DNA of 64,000 nucleotides from Felis catus (lineage: Eukaryota): contig NC_058368.1 of NCBI RefSeq assembly GCF_018350175.1, forward strand, positions 95,420,001 to 95,484,000, written 5' to 3'. The position numbers were made by a program, and so were the translations under genes. The stretch's first letter is position 1. The number at the start of each line of letters is the position of its first letter. Below are positions 48,944-61,700 of this stretch, in pieces. Below the pieces are notes generated by a model that ran no database searches, was not told the origin of the DNA, and worked only from the letters and a program-made list of their open reading frames with translations.

Positions 48944-49146
48944 TTTTAAATGTTCATTTATTTTTGAGAGAGAGAGTGTGAGCGAGGAAGAGGCAGAGAG
49001 GGGGGGGGGAGAGAGAGAATCCCACGCAGGCTCTGCACTCTCAGTACAGAGTCTGACACAGGGCTTGAACCCACGGACCATGAGATTGTGACCTAAGCCA
49101 AAACCACGAGTCAGATGATTAGCTGGCTGAGCCACCCGGGTGCCCC
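48944..49146 (-). mobile_element. Can-SINE (3' member of tandem pair)
   Basis: Standard body. Confidence 0.95.
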
Positions 49147-49151
49147 AGGAC

Positions 49152-49361
49152 TTTTTTTTTTTTTTAATGTTAAGTTTTGAGAGAGAGAAAGAGAGAGCAA
49201 GCGAGCATGGGCAGGGAAAGGACAGAGAGAGAGGGGGGCATAGAAGATCCGGGCTCTGCACTGACATCAGTGAGCCTGATGTGGGGCTTAAACTCACTAA
49301 TCCTGAGATCATGATCTGGGCTGAAGTTGGATGCTTAACCTACTGAGCCACCCAGGAGCTC
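49152..49361 (-). mobile_element. Can-SINE (5' member of tandem pair)
   Basis: Standard body. Confidence 0.95.
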
Positions 49362-49709
49362 CTCTGAATTATTCTCAGAATTATCCTACTTAGAGGTTAG
49401 TTGACTCAGATTCTAAGCAGTGAAGCCAAGTTAACCAAAGTATTTCTTGGAGTTCTCTTATGCTTGGAACAAAAAAACAAAACAACACAAAAGAGTAAGA
49501 TTTTAAAGTAACATGTGGGCATTTGCTCATTAGCGGGTAGGATCCCTGAGCTTTGAAAATGAGGTGTAAAGAATGACAGTTGACCTCCAGAATTGCTGTC
49601 TATCTGTAGCAAAATCCCTGAATAAGGTGACTGAGTTGATTTGAGGTTTATTTTCAAACACAGCTCTACTTGGCTGTAACTGCTACCATCCCACCCTCTG
49701 ACATTGTTG

Positions 49710-49941
49710 TTTTTTTTTTTTTAATTTTTTTTTTTAATGTTTATTTTTGAGAGAGAGAGAGAGAGCGAGTGAGCATGAGCAGGGGGCAAGGACAGAGAGC
49801 AAAGGAGACACAGAATCCGAAGCAGGCTCCAGGCTCTGAGCTGTCAGCCCAGAGCCCGATGTGGGGCTTGAACTCACGAACCGTGAGATCATGACCTGAG
49901 CCGAAGTCGGACGCCTAACTGACTGAGCCACCCAGGTACCC
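49710..49941 (-). mobile_element. Can-SINE
   Basis: TSD ccctctg.cat.gtt. Confidence 0.97.
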
Positions 49942-50114
49942 TCCCTCTGTCATCGTTAACGTATTCCTTTCTGGAAGGTTAACGCCCTGGAATGCTACAG
50001 TGCATGTGCTTATGACGAGGTGGAGCCTAGAATCTCTAAGATGACACCAAGGGAAAGAGAAAAAAACAACTCAAAAAGGTAAAGAGAAATTAGGCTTGAA
50101 AAACATATCTTTAT

Positions 50115-50239
50115 GGGGTGCCTGAGTGGCTTAGTTAAGCGTCCGAGTTTGGCTCAGGTCTTAGGGTTCCTGTGTTCAAGCCTGGCGTTGGATCCTCTGT
50201 TCCCCTCTTGCTCTGCCCCCTCCCCCAGTTTGCGCTCTC

Positions 50240-50278
<39 letters not shown>

Positions 50279-50310
50279 AATAAACATTAAAAAAAGAAAA
50301 AGAGAAAAAA
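50115..50310 (+). mobile_element. Can-SINE with deletions
   Basis: Head ggggtgcctg, (CT)n, A tail; TSD aaa.cata.cttta. Confidence 0.9.
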
Positions 50311-50379
50311 AACCATACCTTTAAGAAAACCTGGTCCAAACCTACACAATCAGACCCATTGATTTAAAACACTACACTT

Positions 50380-50700
50380 ACCAAGTCACTCCCTTGCTCA
50401 AAAACTTCAGTGATGCCCCTAGTCTGGAGAATCAAGTCTGCACACTGCATTTGGGCCTCCAGGACTTGTCCCCAGCTAATCTTGCTCCCTAAACCAAAAG
50501 GCATCTCACCCCATGTTTACTACATGCAAGGCTCTTGATTTCTGCCATGTGTGTCTTTCTCTTTCAATAAGACTGTGATCACCTTGTGGCCAGGGAAGTG
50601 TGTTACCTACCTTTAGATCATTTATAATATCGATCACCTGCCTTCGCCCCTCCCAGGAAGAATGACTTAGGCCCCCCTCTGTCCACTGACCACACATTAG
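50380..50700 (+). mobile_element. L2 fragment
   Basis: 'gtcactcccttgctcaaaaacttcagtg', 'agaatcaagtc'. Confidence 0.6.
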
Positions 50701-51650
50701 CCCATTCTGCTTGCCTTGCTAATCTTGATGAGGGTAGCTGCTACCAGCCTCTCTGAGATTAGGGCTGCAAGTTCAACTGTCTTAAGTCAGGCAGATGGTG
50801 TGCCTGAGATGGGTCTCAGCCAGGCACTTGTCCCCAGGCAACAGGCTTGGCCTGTCCTGGAGTGTTGATTCCTACTTGGTACCTGGGTTCCTGTCTTGAT
50901 TGTTTTCCAAGGGACCTAATGAATTACCTGCTGGCCCGGAATCACTGTAATTCCTTCCCTACCTTGCCTGGCTGCTGTCCACCCACTTCCCTCTGCCGTC
51001 CATACTTAACCTGAACACGAAGACTCGTCCAACTCTGGCCAGCTGGACACCATGCATTCAGAGGCTTTGCTTCCATTGGACCATGTCTTGATCGAAAGAT
51101 TAGTGTTTTTAGGAGCTACTTAACTCTTTAAGGCTTCTAGAGTTTTGTCTTCCAAGGGTATTCATGAACTTCCCCCTGTGTAGCCTTTAGCGGACTGTTG
51201 TCTGCCTAAAAATATTAGAAATTCAGTTTGGCCTGGAGATGGGATACACAGAACACCGTGAAAATGTCCTGGTTTTCTAGGGCTTCATGACTGAATCCAG
51301 AAGAAACTGATTTGTAAAACCATTAGTCCGTCTTACAATATTCAAAGGTCTCTGGCAATAGGGAATTGTGTGTAATCTGGGAAAATCTGCTCTCATATGC
51401 TATTAATAGTGCTGGAAATTTTTAGAGAGAATAATTATTGGTCAGGCTTAGTATGCTAATAATGGTGAGTCAATAGATTCTATTCGGAAATTCAGAAAAT
51501 TCCCATACAACTTGCTGTTTGCTTAAATTACATACACGCCCCAGATAAATGCCTTACTTGCACTTCATGTTTGGAAAAGAACTATATTATGCACCTGTGA
51601 TGATTTCTGTTGACTTACATTTATTTGTACAACTATCAGAAAAATGTATC

Positions 51651-51862
51651 GGTGCGCCTGGGTGGCTCAGTTGGTTAAGTGTCCAACTTCAGCTCAGGTC
51701 ATGGTCTTATGGTTCATGAGTTCAAGCCCTGCATCAGGCTCTGTGGTGACAGCTCAGAGCCTGGAGCCTGCTTCGGATTGTGTCTCCCTCTCTCTCTGCC
51801 CCTCCCCTGCTTCTGCTCTCTCTCTCTCAGAAATAAATAAACCTTAAAAAAAAAATAAAAAG
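51651..51862 (+). mobile_element. Can-SINE
   Basis: TSD aaaaatg.atc. Confidence 0.96.
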
Positions 51863-51864
51863 GA

Positions 51865-52510
51865 AAAATGCATCTTGTAGAAAACTTAAAAAAAGGGACG
51901 AGGAAAAAGCAAAAAAAAAAAAAAAAAAAAAAAGATGACCTATAATCACATCACCTAAAGATAATTATCATTTTGCTTTTGTGTTCCCTATATATAACCC
52001 TGTAGGTCATTTTTACCATAGTGATTATATCCTTCTCAAGATACTTTTTGTAACTAGCTTTTTTAAGTTACAAAAATCCACCAACATACTGTCGTGCCAA
52101 GGAAGAGGTATCTATATCCTCCCTTCTAATGGACATAAAGAGTTAGGGACATTAATCTCCTGCTGGAGGACAAGTCTCCTGGGATTATATACTGTAGGGA
52201 CCTGTCTTTGTGCTCTTTGCTATTTTTAAAAAGCTGCAAAAATATCCTTCAGCCCACATCTTTGAGGTGTTCCTTGGTATAAATAAATAGAACTAGGCGG
52301 CTGGACAAAGGAACACACAGTTCTCGGCTTTTAGATTCTTACCGTCCAAGCGCCCTGAAGAAAGTTGGTGTCATTTTATCTTCCATCCAGGGCTGTGCAG
52401 AGCTGCTGTTTCTGTTACATCTTGGAGTTACTGGGATGTGTGCCATTCTTCTAAATCTTTGTTCAAGTGACAGGCAAAACACATGGTGTCTTGTGTTACT
52501 GATGTAAATT
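51865..52510 (-). mobile_element. Old L1ME-like 3' relic
   Basis: 'ataatcacatcacc.aaagataatta..attttg', 'ttccttgg.ataaat..tagaa', 'aatctttg'. Confidence 0.55.
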
Positions 52511-52511
52511 T

Positions 52512-52835
52512 GTTCATTTAATACACACTTCGACCTACTATGTGCCAGGAATGGTTCAAGGGATGGTGGAGCTCAGAGGAAAACAAGACTGAAGTGTCCT
52601 TATCTGATGAGACAAGGATCACATTCTAGAGTGGGGGACCGGTTTGCAAAGTAATTCCAGACAGGATTTGTATGCGGAGATCGAAGAAGCCAGTGAGTGA
52701 CCCAGAAGCTGTATTGGAAAGGTGGTCGTGAAGGGGCAGTTCAAAGAGACCCCCATGGCCAGGAGGCGGCCTTGTGGCCATCCTGGAGAAGCGTGGTCCA
52801 TGTAGAGAGAATGACTAGTGCTAAAGTGCTGAGAT
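52512..52835 (-). mobile_element. L2 3' region
   Basis: 'ttcatttaa...cctactatgtgccagg', 'cacattctagagtggg', 'agagagaatga.tagtgc.aaag'. Confidence 0.7.
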
Positions 52836-52838
52836 CAA

Positions 52839-53518
52839 GTTCACGGCAGCACTAGTCACAATAGCCGGAAGGTGGAAGCAATTCAGGTGTGTATCACCTG
52901 GTGAATGGATAAAGAAATGGGGATATCCCACGCTAGGAAGCACTACTCACTAAGTAGAAAAGAAAAGAGGTAGGGGTGCCTGGGCAGCTCAGTCTGGTAA
53001 GCGTCTGACTTCGGCTCAGGTCTTGATCTCACAGTTTGTGAGTTCAATCCCTGCACTGGGCTCTGTGCTGACAGCTCAGAGCCTGGAGACAGCTTAGGAT
53101 CCTGTGTCTCCCTCTTTCTCTTGGCCTCCCCTGCTCATGCTCTGTCTCTCTCAAAAATAAATAAAACGTTGAAAAATGTTTACGGAAAGGTGCCAATACA
53201 AGCTGCCCCGGGGATGAAACTGGAAAACGTGTGGCTAAAGTGAAAGAAGCCAGACAGCGAAGGTGATGTATTGTATAATACCATTTATAGGAAATACCCA
53301 GAACAGATAAATCGGTAGAGACTGAAAACCTGTTAGTGGTTATCAGGGGCTAAGGGGTTGGAGTGACTGCTTAAATGGGTACCATGCTTAATCTGGGGGT
53401 GATAGAAATATTGTGGAGCTGGATAAGGGTGATACAGAACATTGGGAATGTACTCTGTCACTGAATCGTATGCATTAAAATGGTTAATTTTATGTTCACA
53501 TGAGGTCAATTAAAAAAA
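52839..53518 (+). mobile_element. L1MB-type 3' end interrupted by a SINE
   Basis: 'gttcacggcagcact.tcacaatagcc', 'aagtgaaagaagccagaca', 'aaaatggttaattttatgtt', A tail. Confidence 0.9.
52973..53176 (+). mobile_element. Can-SINE
   Basis: Standard body. Confidence 0.95.
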
Positions 53519-53788
53519 TATGCCAAGGTCACTATCAGCTTGCTGCGTGTACAAGAAGGGCTGGAGTAGGTATATGTGAGCGTGGTAGGGAGAGAATTGA
53601 GTTTCTTGTGCCTTCCCCAGGGCAGAATATTTTTGTTTCTGTCCCTTGTCCAATAGCAATGGATTCTTGCCTCTGTGCTGTGGCAAAGAGAGCTTTCTAC
53701 GCCTTCCTCTTCTCCTGGAGAGCCAGAGACGAACACCTGGGCTCCAGGTAGGGCAGGGGCATTGGTGCCCTCTGATGCCATTTGTTTT

Positions 53789-53814
53789 ATTTAATTTTTA
53801 AATGTTTTATTTAT

Positions 53815-53859
<45 letters not shown>

Positions 53860-54012
53860 TGGGCAGGGGAGGGGCAGGAGGGGGATAGAGATTCTAAAAT
53901 GGGCTCTTTGCTGACAGCAGACAGTCTGATGAAGGGCTCAAACTCCCAAACCTTGAGATCATGACGTGAGCTGATGTCAGACGCTTAACTGACTGAGCCA
54001 CCCGGGCACCCC
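53789..54012 (-). mobile_element. Can-SINE with long (GA)n
   Basis: TSD tgatg.c.tttg.ttt. Confidence 0.95.
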
Positions 54013-54282
54013 TGATGGCGTTTGCTTTATATGAGAGACAGGTCGGGTCTGGGGCTGTGGGCTGGCTATGTTCTGTGTGTCCCCCCTGCTAGCTGTTGAT
54101 GGCCTCCCCATAATGGTGATGGAAGTTGTTTTGTTTGTACCCTTCCTCCAGGCTTGCTTGTGGGAAAGGGTCTTGCCAGGGACTGCATACTTGGCATGAG
54201 TGTGGGGTTTCTGGCTGTTCCATACGGACACTCTAGCCTATACTTGGCCTTGATGAATTTCTCTAAAATGTCAGCTGATTTT

Positions 54283-54473
54283 GGGGCGCCTGGGTGGCTC
54301 AGTCAGTTAAATGTTCAACTTGGGCTCAGGTCATGAAGTCGTGGTTCATGGGTTTGAGCCTCGTGTCGGGCTCTGTGCTGGCAGCTCCGAGCCTGGAGCC
54401 TGCTTCACATTCTGTGTCAGCCTCCCTGCTCGTACTCTGTTGCCCTCTGTCTCAAAAATGAACATTAAAAAAA
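54283..54473 (+). mobile_element. Can-SINE
   Basis: TSD gtcagctgatt. Confidence 0.96.
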
Positions 54474-55299
54474 CAAGTCAGCTGATTCCTTCTTAGGTGC
54501 TTGTTTTCTGGTTACTTCTTCCTGCCAAGCTCTGTCAAGAGTGAACCTTCTTGACCTTTCTTGGAAGAGCATGCCACTGTTGAGATTCTTGTTCCCATTG
54601 TTGCCTAGTGTGGTCAGCTCTGGTGAAGTTAGGATTTGCTAGGTTATCTGTCTTTTTTCTTATTGTTAAGGTGTTCACTTACAGATTTCTGTCTTCTCAG
54701 TGTAGATGAAACAGTCTCCCTATTTTTAGTTTGTACATAGTCAAATGAATCCATTTTTTCCCTTTTATAGGTTCTGCTTTATGGCTACATTTTTAGGAAA
54801 GAAAATTTCCTCACCAAATACTATATGAATATTCATCCCTACGTTTTAAATTTATTTAATCACTTTTCATAGTTAGATCTTTAATGTATATGGAATTTAC
54901 CCTAAGGTAAGATTTAAAGAAGATGAGCTGCTTTTCTCCCTAAATGATTAGTTTTTAAACCCAATTTATTATTTAATCCACCCTTTTCATTTTTACTTGA
55001 AATTGTTCCGTCATCGTATACTTAACTTTCTTTTTGTTTCTTATTTCTGTGTATGGATTTTCTATTCTGATAGATTGCCCTGTCTTCTGTTTTTTCACAG
55101 TGCCACTCAGTTTTAATTACTGCAGCTTTAGAATATGTTTTAACCAATGGGATAATTCTACCCTCATTACTCGACTTTAAAGGAAAAAAGATCTGGTTTA
55201 CTCTTGGCTTTTTTTCCCCCCTCTATCATTGTCTTTCAAGTGTTTCCGAGGTTCCTATTGGAATTTTGGTGGCAATGGGTTTAAATTTTACAGCAGTTC

Positions 55300-55495
55300 A
55301 TTTCACAGGCCAAGTTCCAGAGCCAAGAATTTTGCATAATGATATCATTTAATTCTGGTAACACTCTTGGAGATTTGGTATGAATTTGGGCCTATTTTAC
55401 ATATAAAGAAACTAAAGTTAGGAACAAATAAATTGTGTGATGTTATACACGAATATGTGTCAGACTGTGAATTTGAAAACGCAGTCTGACTTCAG
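55300..55495 (-). mobile_element. MIR
   Basis: 'tcatttaattct', 'cctattttacatataaagaaactaaag', 'atttgaa...cagtctgactt'. Confidence 0.65.
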
Positions 55496-55503
55496 TATGA
55501 TAA

Positions 55504-55689
55504 TTTTTTTAAATTTGTTTGTTTATTTATAGAGCACCAGCAGGGGAGGAACAGAGAGAGAATACCAAGCAGGCTTCATGCTGTCAGTGCAGAGTCCAAA
55601 GTGGGGCTCCGACTCACAAACCATGAGATCGTGACCTGAGCCAAAAGCAAGAGTTGGACTCTTAACCAGCTGAGCTACCCAGGCACCCC
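55504..55689 (-). mobile_element. Can-SINE
   Basis: TSD agt.tgata. Confidence 0.94.
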
Positions 55690-55716
55690 TAGTGTGATAC
55701 TCTTAATCACCTGTTC

Positions 55717-55910
55717 TTTTTTTTTTTTTTTTTAGTTTATTTATTTTGAGACAGAGAGCACACACAGGGGAAGGACTGAGAGAGAGGTAGAGCTTGAATC
55801 CCAAGCAGGCTCTATATGTCAGCACAGAGTTAGATGTGGGGCTCGAACTCAAGAACTGTGAGTTCATGACCTGAGCTGAAATCAAGAATTGGACACTTAA
55901 CAGGCACCCC
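55717..55910 (-). mobile_element. Can-SINE with deletion in A-box region
   Basis: 'acttaa|caggcacccc' lacks the ctgagccacc segment. Confidence 0.93.
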
Positions 55911-56177
55911 CATTTGTCCTAGTATTTTATGATGATTAATTTGCAGAGTTTTTCAAGGCTAGTCATATCTGAAAACACTAAATTTTATAACATTATAATA
56001 CTACAATTCTCTTGATCTCAGACTCTATTTGTTAGACTTCAAGAATTACATGAAATCATAGTGGTAATGATGCAGATTCTTTGTCCCTTTTTTATTGCCA
56101 ATACCTGTAGATTTTTACCATTAGGTATGATATTAGCTCTAGATTTTAAACAGAATTTTAAACACTATTAAAGTGTT

Positions 56178-56378
56178 GGGGTGCCTGGGTGGCTCAGTCA
56201 GTTAAGCATCTGACTTCAGCACAGGTCATGATCTCAAAGTTTGTGAGTTCAAACCCCACGTCGGGTTCTGTGCTGACAGCTCAGAGCCTGGAGTCTGCTT
56301 CAGATTCTGTGTCTCCCTCTCTCTCTGCCTCTGTCTCTCTCTGTCAAAAATAAATAAACATTAAAAAAATAAAAAAAA
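56178..56378 (+). mobile_element. Can-SINE
   Basis: TSD aaagtgtt. Confidence 0.96.
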
Positions 56379-56705
56379 GTGTTTATTCCTCATGATTTGC
56401 AATAAATCAAGAATGGGTCTTAAATTTCATTAAATGTTTATCCTGTGTCTATTGGATAATCTTATTTTTGGTTTGGTGAGTTAATATTTTTATAGTGTTT
56501 GACTAGATTTTTTATGATGAAAAGATTGTGGAATTTCTGCTGTAACTCCATTTGATTGTCAGTGATTATTTTAAAAATTGTTGGATTTGATAATTCTTGT
56601 TAGTTTTGTTTTCCACTCAGTTTCATAAGAGAATTTTATTGTTTGTATTTTTTTGCTGCAAATTTGACAGGTTTGATATCAGAAATTTCCTGCTGTTTAA
56701 AAAAA

Positions 56706-56902
56706 TTTTTTAATGTTTATTTATTTTGAAAGAGAGAGAGTGTGAGTGGGGAGGGGCTGAGAGAGAGAGAGACATTCCAAAGCAGTCTCCAGGCTCTGAG
56801 CCATCGGCACGGAGCCTGATGCAGAGCTTGAACCCACGAGCTGTGAGATCACGACCTGAGCCGAAGTCGGATGCTCAACCAACTGAGCCACCCAGGGGCC
56901 CC
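56706..56902 (-). mobile_element. Can-SINE
   Basis: Standard body. Confidence 0.95.
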
Positions 56903-57349
56903 ATCTGCAGTTTTTAATGCATTGAAAAGTTATTCACTCCTTGTTATGTTGGGGAACCAATTAATTACTGTAGCAATTAACTGATTAAGAAAACAGAAGA
57001 CTGAGAGTCCATTTGAGGGATAGCTCTTGGTTAGCATTCTTAACTTCTTGAAAGGTTATTGGTATCTTCAGGTATTTTAATTCTTCCCGAGCTATTTTGG
57101 ATAATTTATACTTCTGACCTAGAAAATCTTGTTGTTAAAGTTTTTAAATATCTTGATGTGCAATTTGCCATTTTATGTAATATTCTCTAGAGAATATAAA
57201 ATCTATATTTCTCTGGCTTTATTTCCTTTCTCCTTCCTATTTTACCTTGATAAATTCTTGCTACAATTTGTCTTTTCTAAATATGCATTTTTTTTCAAAC
57301 ATATAACTCTGAAGTTGATTAATGTATTCTATTGTAACTTGAGACTTGG

Positions 57350-57478
57350 TCAGATGTAAGCTGAAGGTAATAGTATTGAACCCATAGTACTGTCATGAGG
57401 CTTTGATGAGATTGTGAATATAGTTTTGAACACATTTGGTTGCATGGTTAGTGCTCAAAAAATAACAATGATTATTAC
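57350..57478 (+). mobile_element. MIR 3' part
   Basis: 'taatagta', 'cccatag..tgtcatgagg.tt.atgaga', 'agtgctcaaaaaata'. Confidence 0.6.
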
Positions 57479-57778
57479 TGTGTCCTGTTTTAAGCATACT
57501 AATTGCCCTATTGGACTTTAATAGCTCATTAAAGCAAACGTTTGAGGTCCATACTAGTTTAAGGCCATTTGCTTTTCTCTGAGTGTGCATTCACCCACAC
57601 CCTACAAGTTTATTTTTGTGGGTTAACATTAAAGTTAACGGTCTATAATCAAAGTTTTAATTTGCTTTCTGGTTTAATAATTACTTAAAATAATAGTTTT
57701 GAGGGATTGGTGTTTGTTTTAATTTTCAACTTCTTTAGTATGTTTGTTTTTTCTAACTTTACTGCATTAAAAAAAAGA

Positions 57779-57966
57779 TTTTTAATGTTTATTTATTTTT
57801 GATAGAGAAAGAGTAGGAGAGCACAAGAGGGGGAAGGACACAGAATCTGAAGCAGGCTCTAGGCTCTGAGCTGTCAGCACGGAGCCTGATGTGGGGCATA
57901 CGGACTGTGAGATCATGACCTGAGCCTAAGTCGGACACTTATCCAAATAGGCCACGTGGGTGCCCC
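57779..57966 (-). mobile_element. Can-SINE
   Basis: TSD tactgcatt. Confidence 0.95.
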
Positions 57967-58526
57967 TACTGCATTTTTTATTAAGGCACATGGACTATTC
58001 TATTTTTACCATGAGGGATTTATTGAAGTTTTATTTTGTGAGATTTTATTTTATTTATTTTTTAAAATAATGGCAAAAAATATTCTCTGCATGAATGGTA
58101 CCAAATATCAGATTTACTGATAACAAATTATACAAGTAATGATTAATCTCTCCATTCTGTAAAGCTAAGGAAAAGATTTCAAACTCTGATCACTGAGAGA
58201 GTAATTAGGTCTGGCTGCAGTAAGGGTATGGAACATTATTAAAAAACAAACCATGGAACAGATTTGGGTGTGAACAAAGCGTAGATTTATAAATGGACTA
58301 GAATAATGGAAAGAAGGTGAAGACAATATTAAAATGTTTATTTTTTCCCAAAAAGTGTAATAAGCTTTTTATCCCATGGGTCTTTTAGTCACCTTAGGAA
58401 GTTTTCTTCTACTGTATCTGTGAATATTGTTTTTGTTGCACCTGTTCCATTATACTCTTGAGGAACCCATATTATCCAGATGTTGAATTTCCTTTCTTCC
58501 TTCCTTCCTTCCTCTCTGTCTCTCTC

Positions 58527-58575
58527 TTTTTTTTTTTTTTTTGAGAGACAGTGCATACTAGTTGGGGAGAGGGGC

Positions 58576-58608
<33 letters not shown>

Positions 58609-58729
58609 ATCTTAAGCAGGCTCCATGATCATCACAGAGACCCATGCATGGCTCAATCTCATGATCTTGAGATAATGATCTGAGCAGAAATCAAGAGTCA
58701 GATGCTTAACTGAGCCACCTAGGTGGCCC
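58527..58729 (-). mobile_element. Can-SINE
   Basis: polyT, (GA)n, 'gaaatcaagagtcagatgcttaac'. Confidence 0.94.
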
Positions 58730-61700
58730 TCACTTTTATTTTTCTATCTTTCATATTTGTGACATTTTCTCTCTTGATTCTCTTAAGCATTTTGGGAAAT
58801 TAACTTGGAGTACTTCATATATGTCTTGGATTTGATTTTTAACATCACGTTCCTCTATTTGTTGACTCCAAAATGATTCTAAGTGTTTCCCCTTTGAGAC
58901 ATGAGTTCCTCAGGAAAGCTTTCTTTTTTCATTGGTCATTTACATCTCTTAAAATGTGTCCCCTCAGCTTTATTATTTTTTAGTAGCATTATTGGGAGCA
59001 TGCTGGTTTGTTGAAATTGTCATCTCCGTGCTGCAGAATATTTTTCAAAGCACTTTTTTCATCTCCAGATTCAGATTATTTCTTCTTTGCTTTGTACTAG
59101 ATTTGAAGAGGTCCAATGCTTGATTTTGTCCTTTAGCTACATTTGAAGAAAATACAGATTTTACTGTGTCAACAGACAGCAAGTGTGGCTTAACGCCATT
59201 CTTATTTGTGATGTTCTAAAGTTAGGAAGCACCCTGTTGGGGGACAGGTTGAATGGTACAACTTCTGGTCCCGTGCCTACTTCACCTGGGAACTTGTATA
59301 CCATGGAGGTACAAGCTATAGAGCGTGTTCTCTTCTCTCTCCCACGTCAACACTGGTATGTACAGGAGGAAAAAAATTTTTTTTTGCCCGTGTCAAAATA
59401 GCCACCTCATACATTTGATTTTCTTTATAAAACATACACATTATTGCTCATGCTGCTCCAAGTGTTCAGAGATAATAGGCTACTCCCTGGTTTGCCTGCA
59501 TAATTCTGCTCCCACCTGCTGATTATACCTAGTACTAATCAGTTGTGCTTGTTCTAAAACCAGTTAATTCCAATTATTTGTGATTAAAATTATGTAATCT
59601 AATCGACTACCTTACAAAGTGATAAATATGTTTGGAAATAGAATATTTCCTATGAGATATATGTTTGGAAAGGTAAATTGCTGATGAATAATACTGCCAA
59701 ATAGATCTCAACAACAGCCCTGTGAAAGATGGTAACATGTTGCTTTTGCGAGAACACTGACTTTTAGAATGTTCCTTAAAGAACTAAAAAGTGAGAAAAC
59801 AGTTGATGAAATCATTCTAAGAAACATGAGAAGGAACTTGAATCAGTGGACTCGTGACCAAAGGAAAGCCTTGGTGTTACCATATCAATATACAGGTATT
59901 TGTGAATTCTTTCTGTTCAAGGTGAAATGCTTTAATAGACGTTTCACTCTGCTGGTTTTCTGCTTTCACCAAAGAATAGACCAGATTTTACCAAATGCAG
60001 GAGCCTCTGCACATAATAGCTGGTTGCTATCATTAGCTTCTACTAAGCATCTCTTTGTCTTATCCTTTGTGTAGCATTTTGTTTGTGGGGTTTAATGTCA
60101 AGATTTGCAAAGCCCTACTACTGATCGACCACTCTATTCTCTGCCTTTCATCTTCTGGCACTTGGGAGAGCTTCATAAATGTCACATGACCTATCGTAAA
60201 GAAAGAAAGTGTAGGTTAAGATGATGCATGCACAGGTGCACTTGCTTATAGACACACACATCCACAGGGAGACTTGTTGAGTATTACTTTTTCCCAGCTA
60301 TCAGTTAGTAGGGAAAAAATGAAAGGTACGACCCAGGTTTTCTTTAAAATCTTCAGAGGCAAACTTTATAGGATATGCAAAATGAGTGAACTCCCACAAA
60401 GTGCAATGCAGTGGGAGTTCTGCTTTCATGCTGTAAACTCATTTGTCAAAATAATAGATGCTCTGTCTGTGTGGATGACCTATGTGGCCTGTCATTAACT
60501 TGGTTTGATTAGACAGCTAAACTATTTTGTAGACTGTGAGGAAGATTGTAAATAAAATCGGGGGCTTAAACGATGCGTGTGGAGCGATCAAACGTGAGTG
60601 CTAAGAATCTAAGTTTACTGAAATAATTTCAGATATATAGAGCTACAGAAGAAATCAGAATTATCTTTGGGCGTCTTTGTGCTCTGATAACAACCACTTA
60701 TCTGTGTGCATGGAGAATTTGCTAGAACATTAGAGGGTGCAACATACATAATAATACTGTGTAAGAAGTTGCTCCTAACAGCTGATTATATCTGTTCATT
60801 TTCTTGGTTATTTCAGGAACCAACTTAATAAGAGTTCATTGTTAAAAAGTAATGGGGATAAGATAGATCCTATGTGTATGCTTTCAAATGCTTGTTGTAA
60901 TTACTGAAGCCGACTCCAATTGCATCTTCTCCTTGGCAAATGGCAGTTGGATTCATTGTAGAGGTACTCACATCTTTTACTCATTATAAATGATGACAAT
61001 GGGCCTGTTTTCAGTTTGTCTCTGTTGGTTGCCATAGTTTCCTAGGATACAATGACTCCCAGTTACCATGGGCACACCACTGGCTAGGGCTGAAATGCTC
61101 TCAATCAGGATGCGACCGCCTCTATGGGAGTAGAGTCTGCCTAAAGCCACATTGGTGGAAGTTGCAAAATGGAAGCATTAGAAGTAATAAAATAAAAGCA
61201 GGGACTCTTCTTGGCCAAAAAAGGCGTAGCGTTAAAGAAATGGCAGCTAATTGTAGGCAAGTGGAAATAGCACCAAGATTTGTAGAGAAAGCAGAGAGGG
61301 AGATGGACAGAAAGGAAAGGGGATGCAGCAGGAGAGTCAGGAGATAGGGGAAAAAGTTAGAGATGTTATTAAATAATTTGGATCACATGAGTGGAACGGA
61401 ACTTTTTAGAAAGGGTTTTACGAGAGTTGCTTTAACAGCAAGGGCACTGGTTTGGTCCTTCTGTTTTTCATTGACTCTATGACACCCTCTTACCTCTTTC
61501 TCAGTGTGTATCAATTAAAAGTAATGTATTACTGGATAATTCATGATCTTCAGGGCTGTTGCCGTTAGCTTTAAATCAAGCCCTCCTCTTCGCTACAGAT
61601 TTCCATGCTAACACTTTTTTGTTGCATATGTGGATTTCATTAGCCTATTCTTTGCTTCTGTTTGCCACTTTCCCAGGTCTTCCCTTTCAGCTTGTTTCCA

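Larger units (their letters stand above)
54640..59150 (-). mobile_element. Scattered, very old LINE-1 (L1ME/L1M5-like) relics interrupted by SINEs and MIRs
   Basis: T-rich L1-antisense motifs 'agatctttaat..atatggaattt', 'ttttaattactgcagcttta', 'ttaccattaggtatgatattagct', 'aaatcaagaatgg'. Confidence 0.55.
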
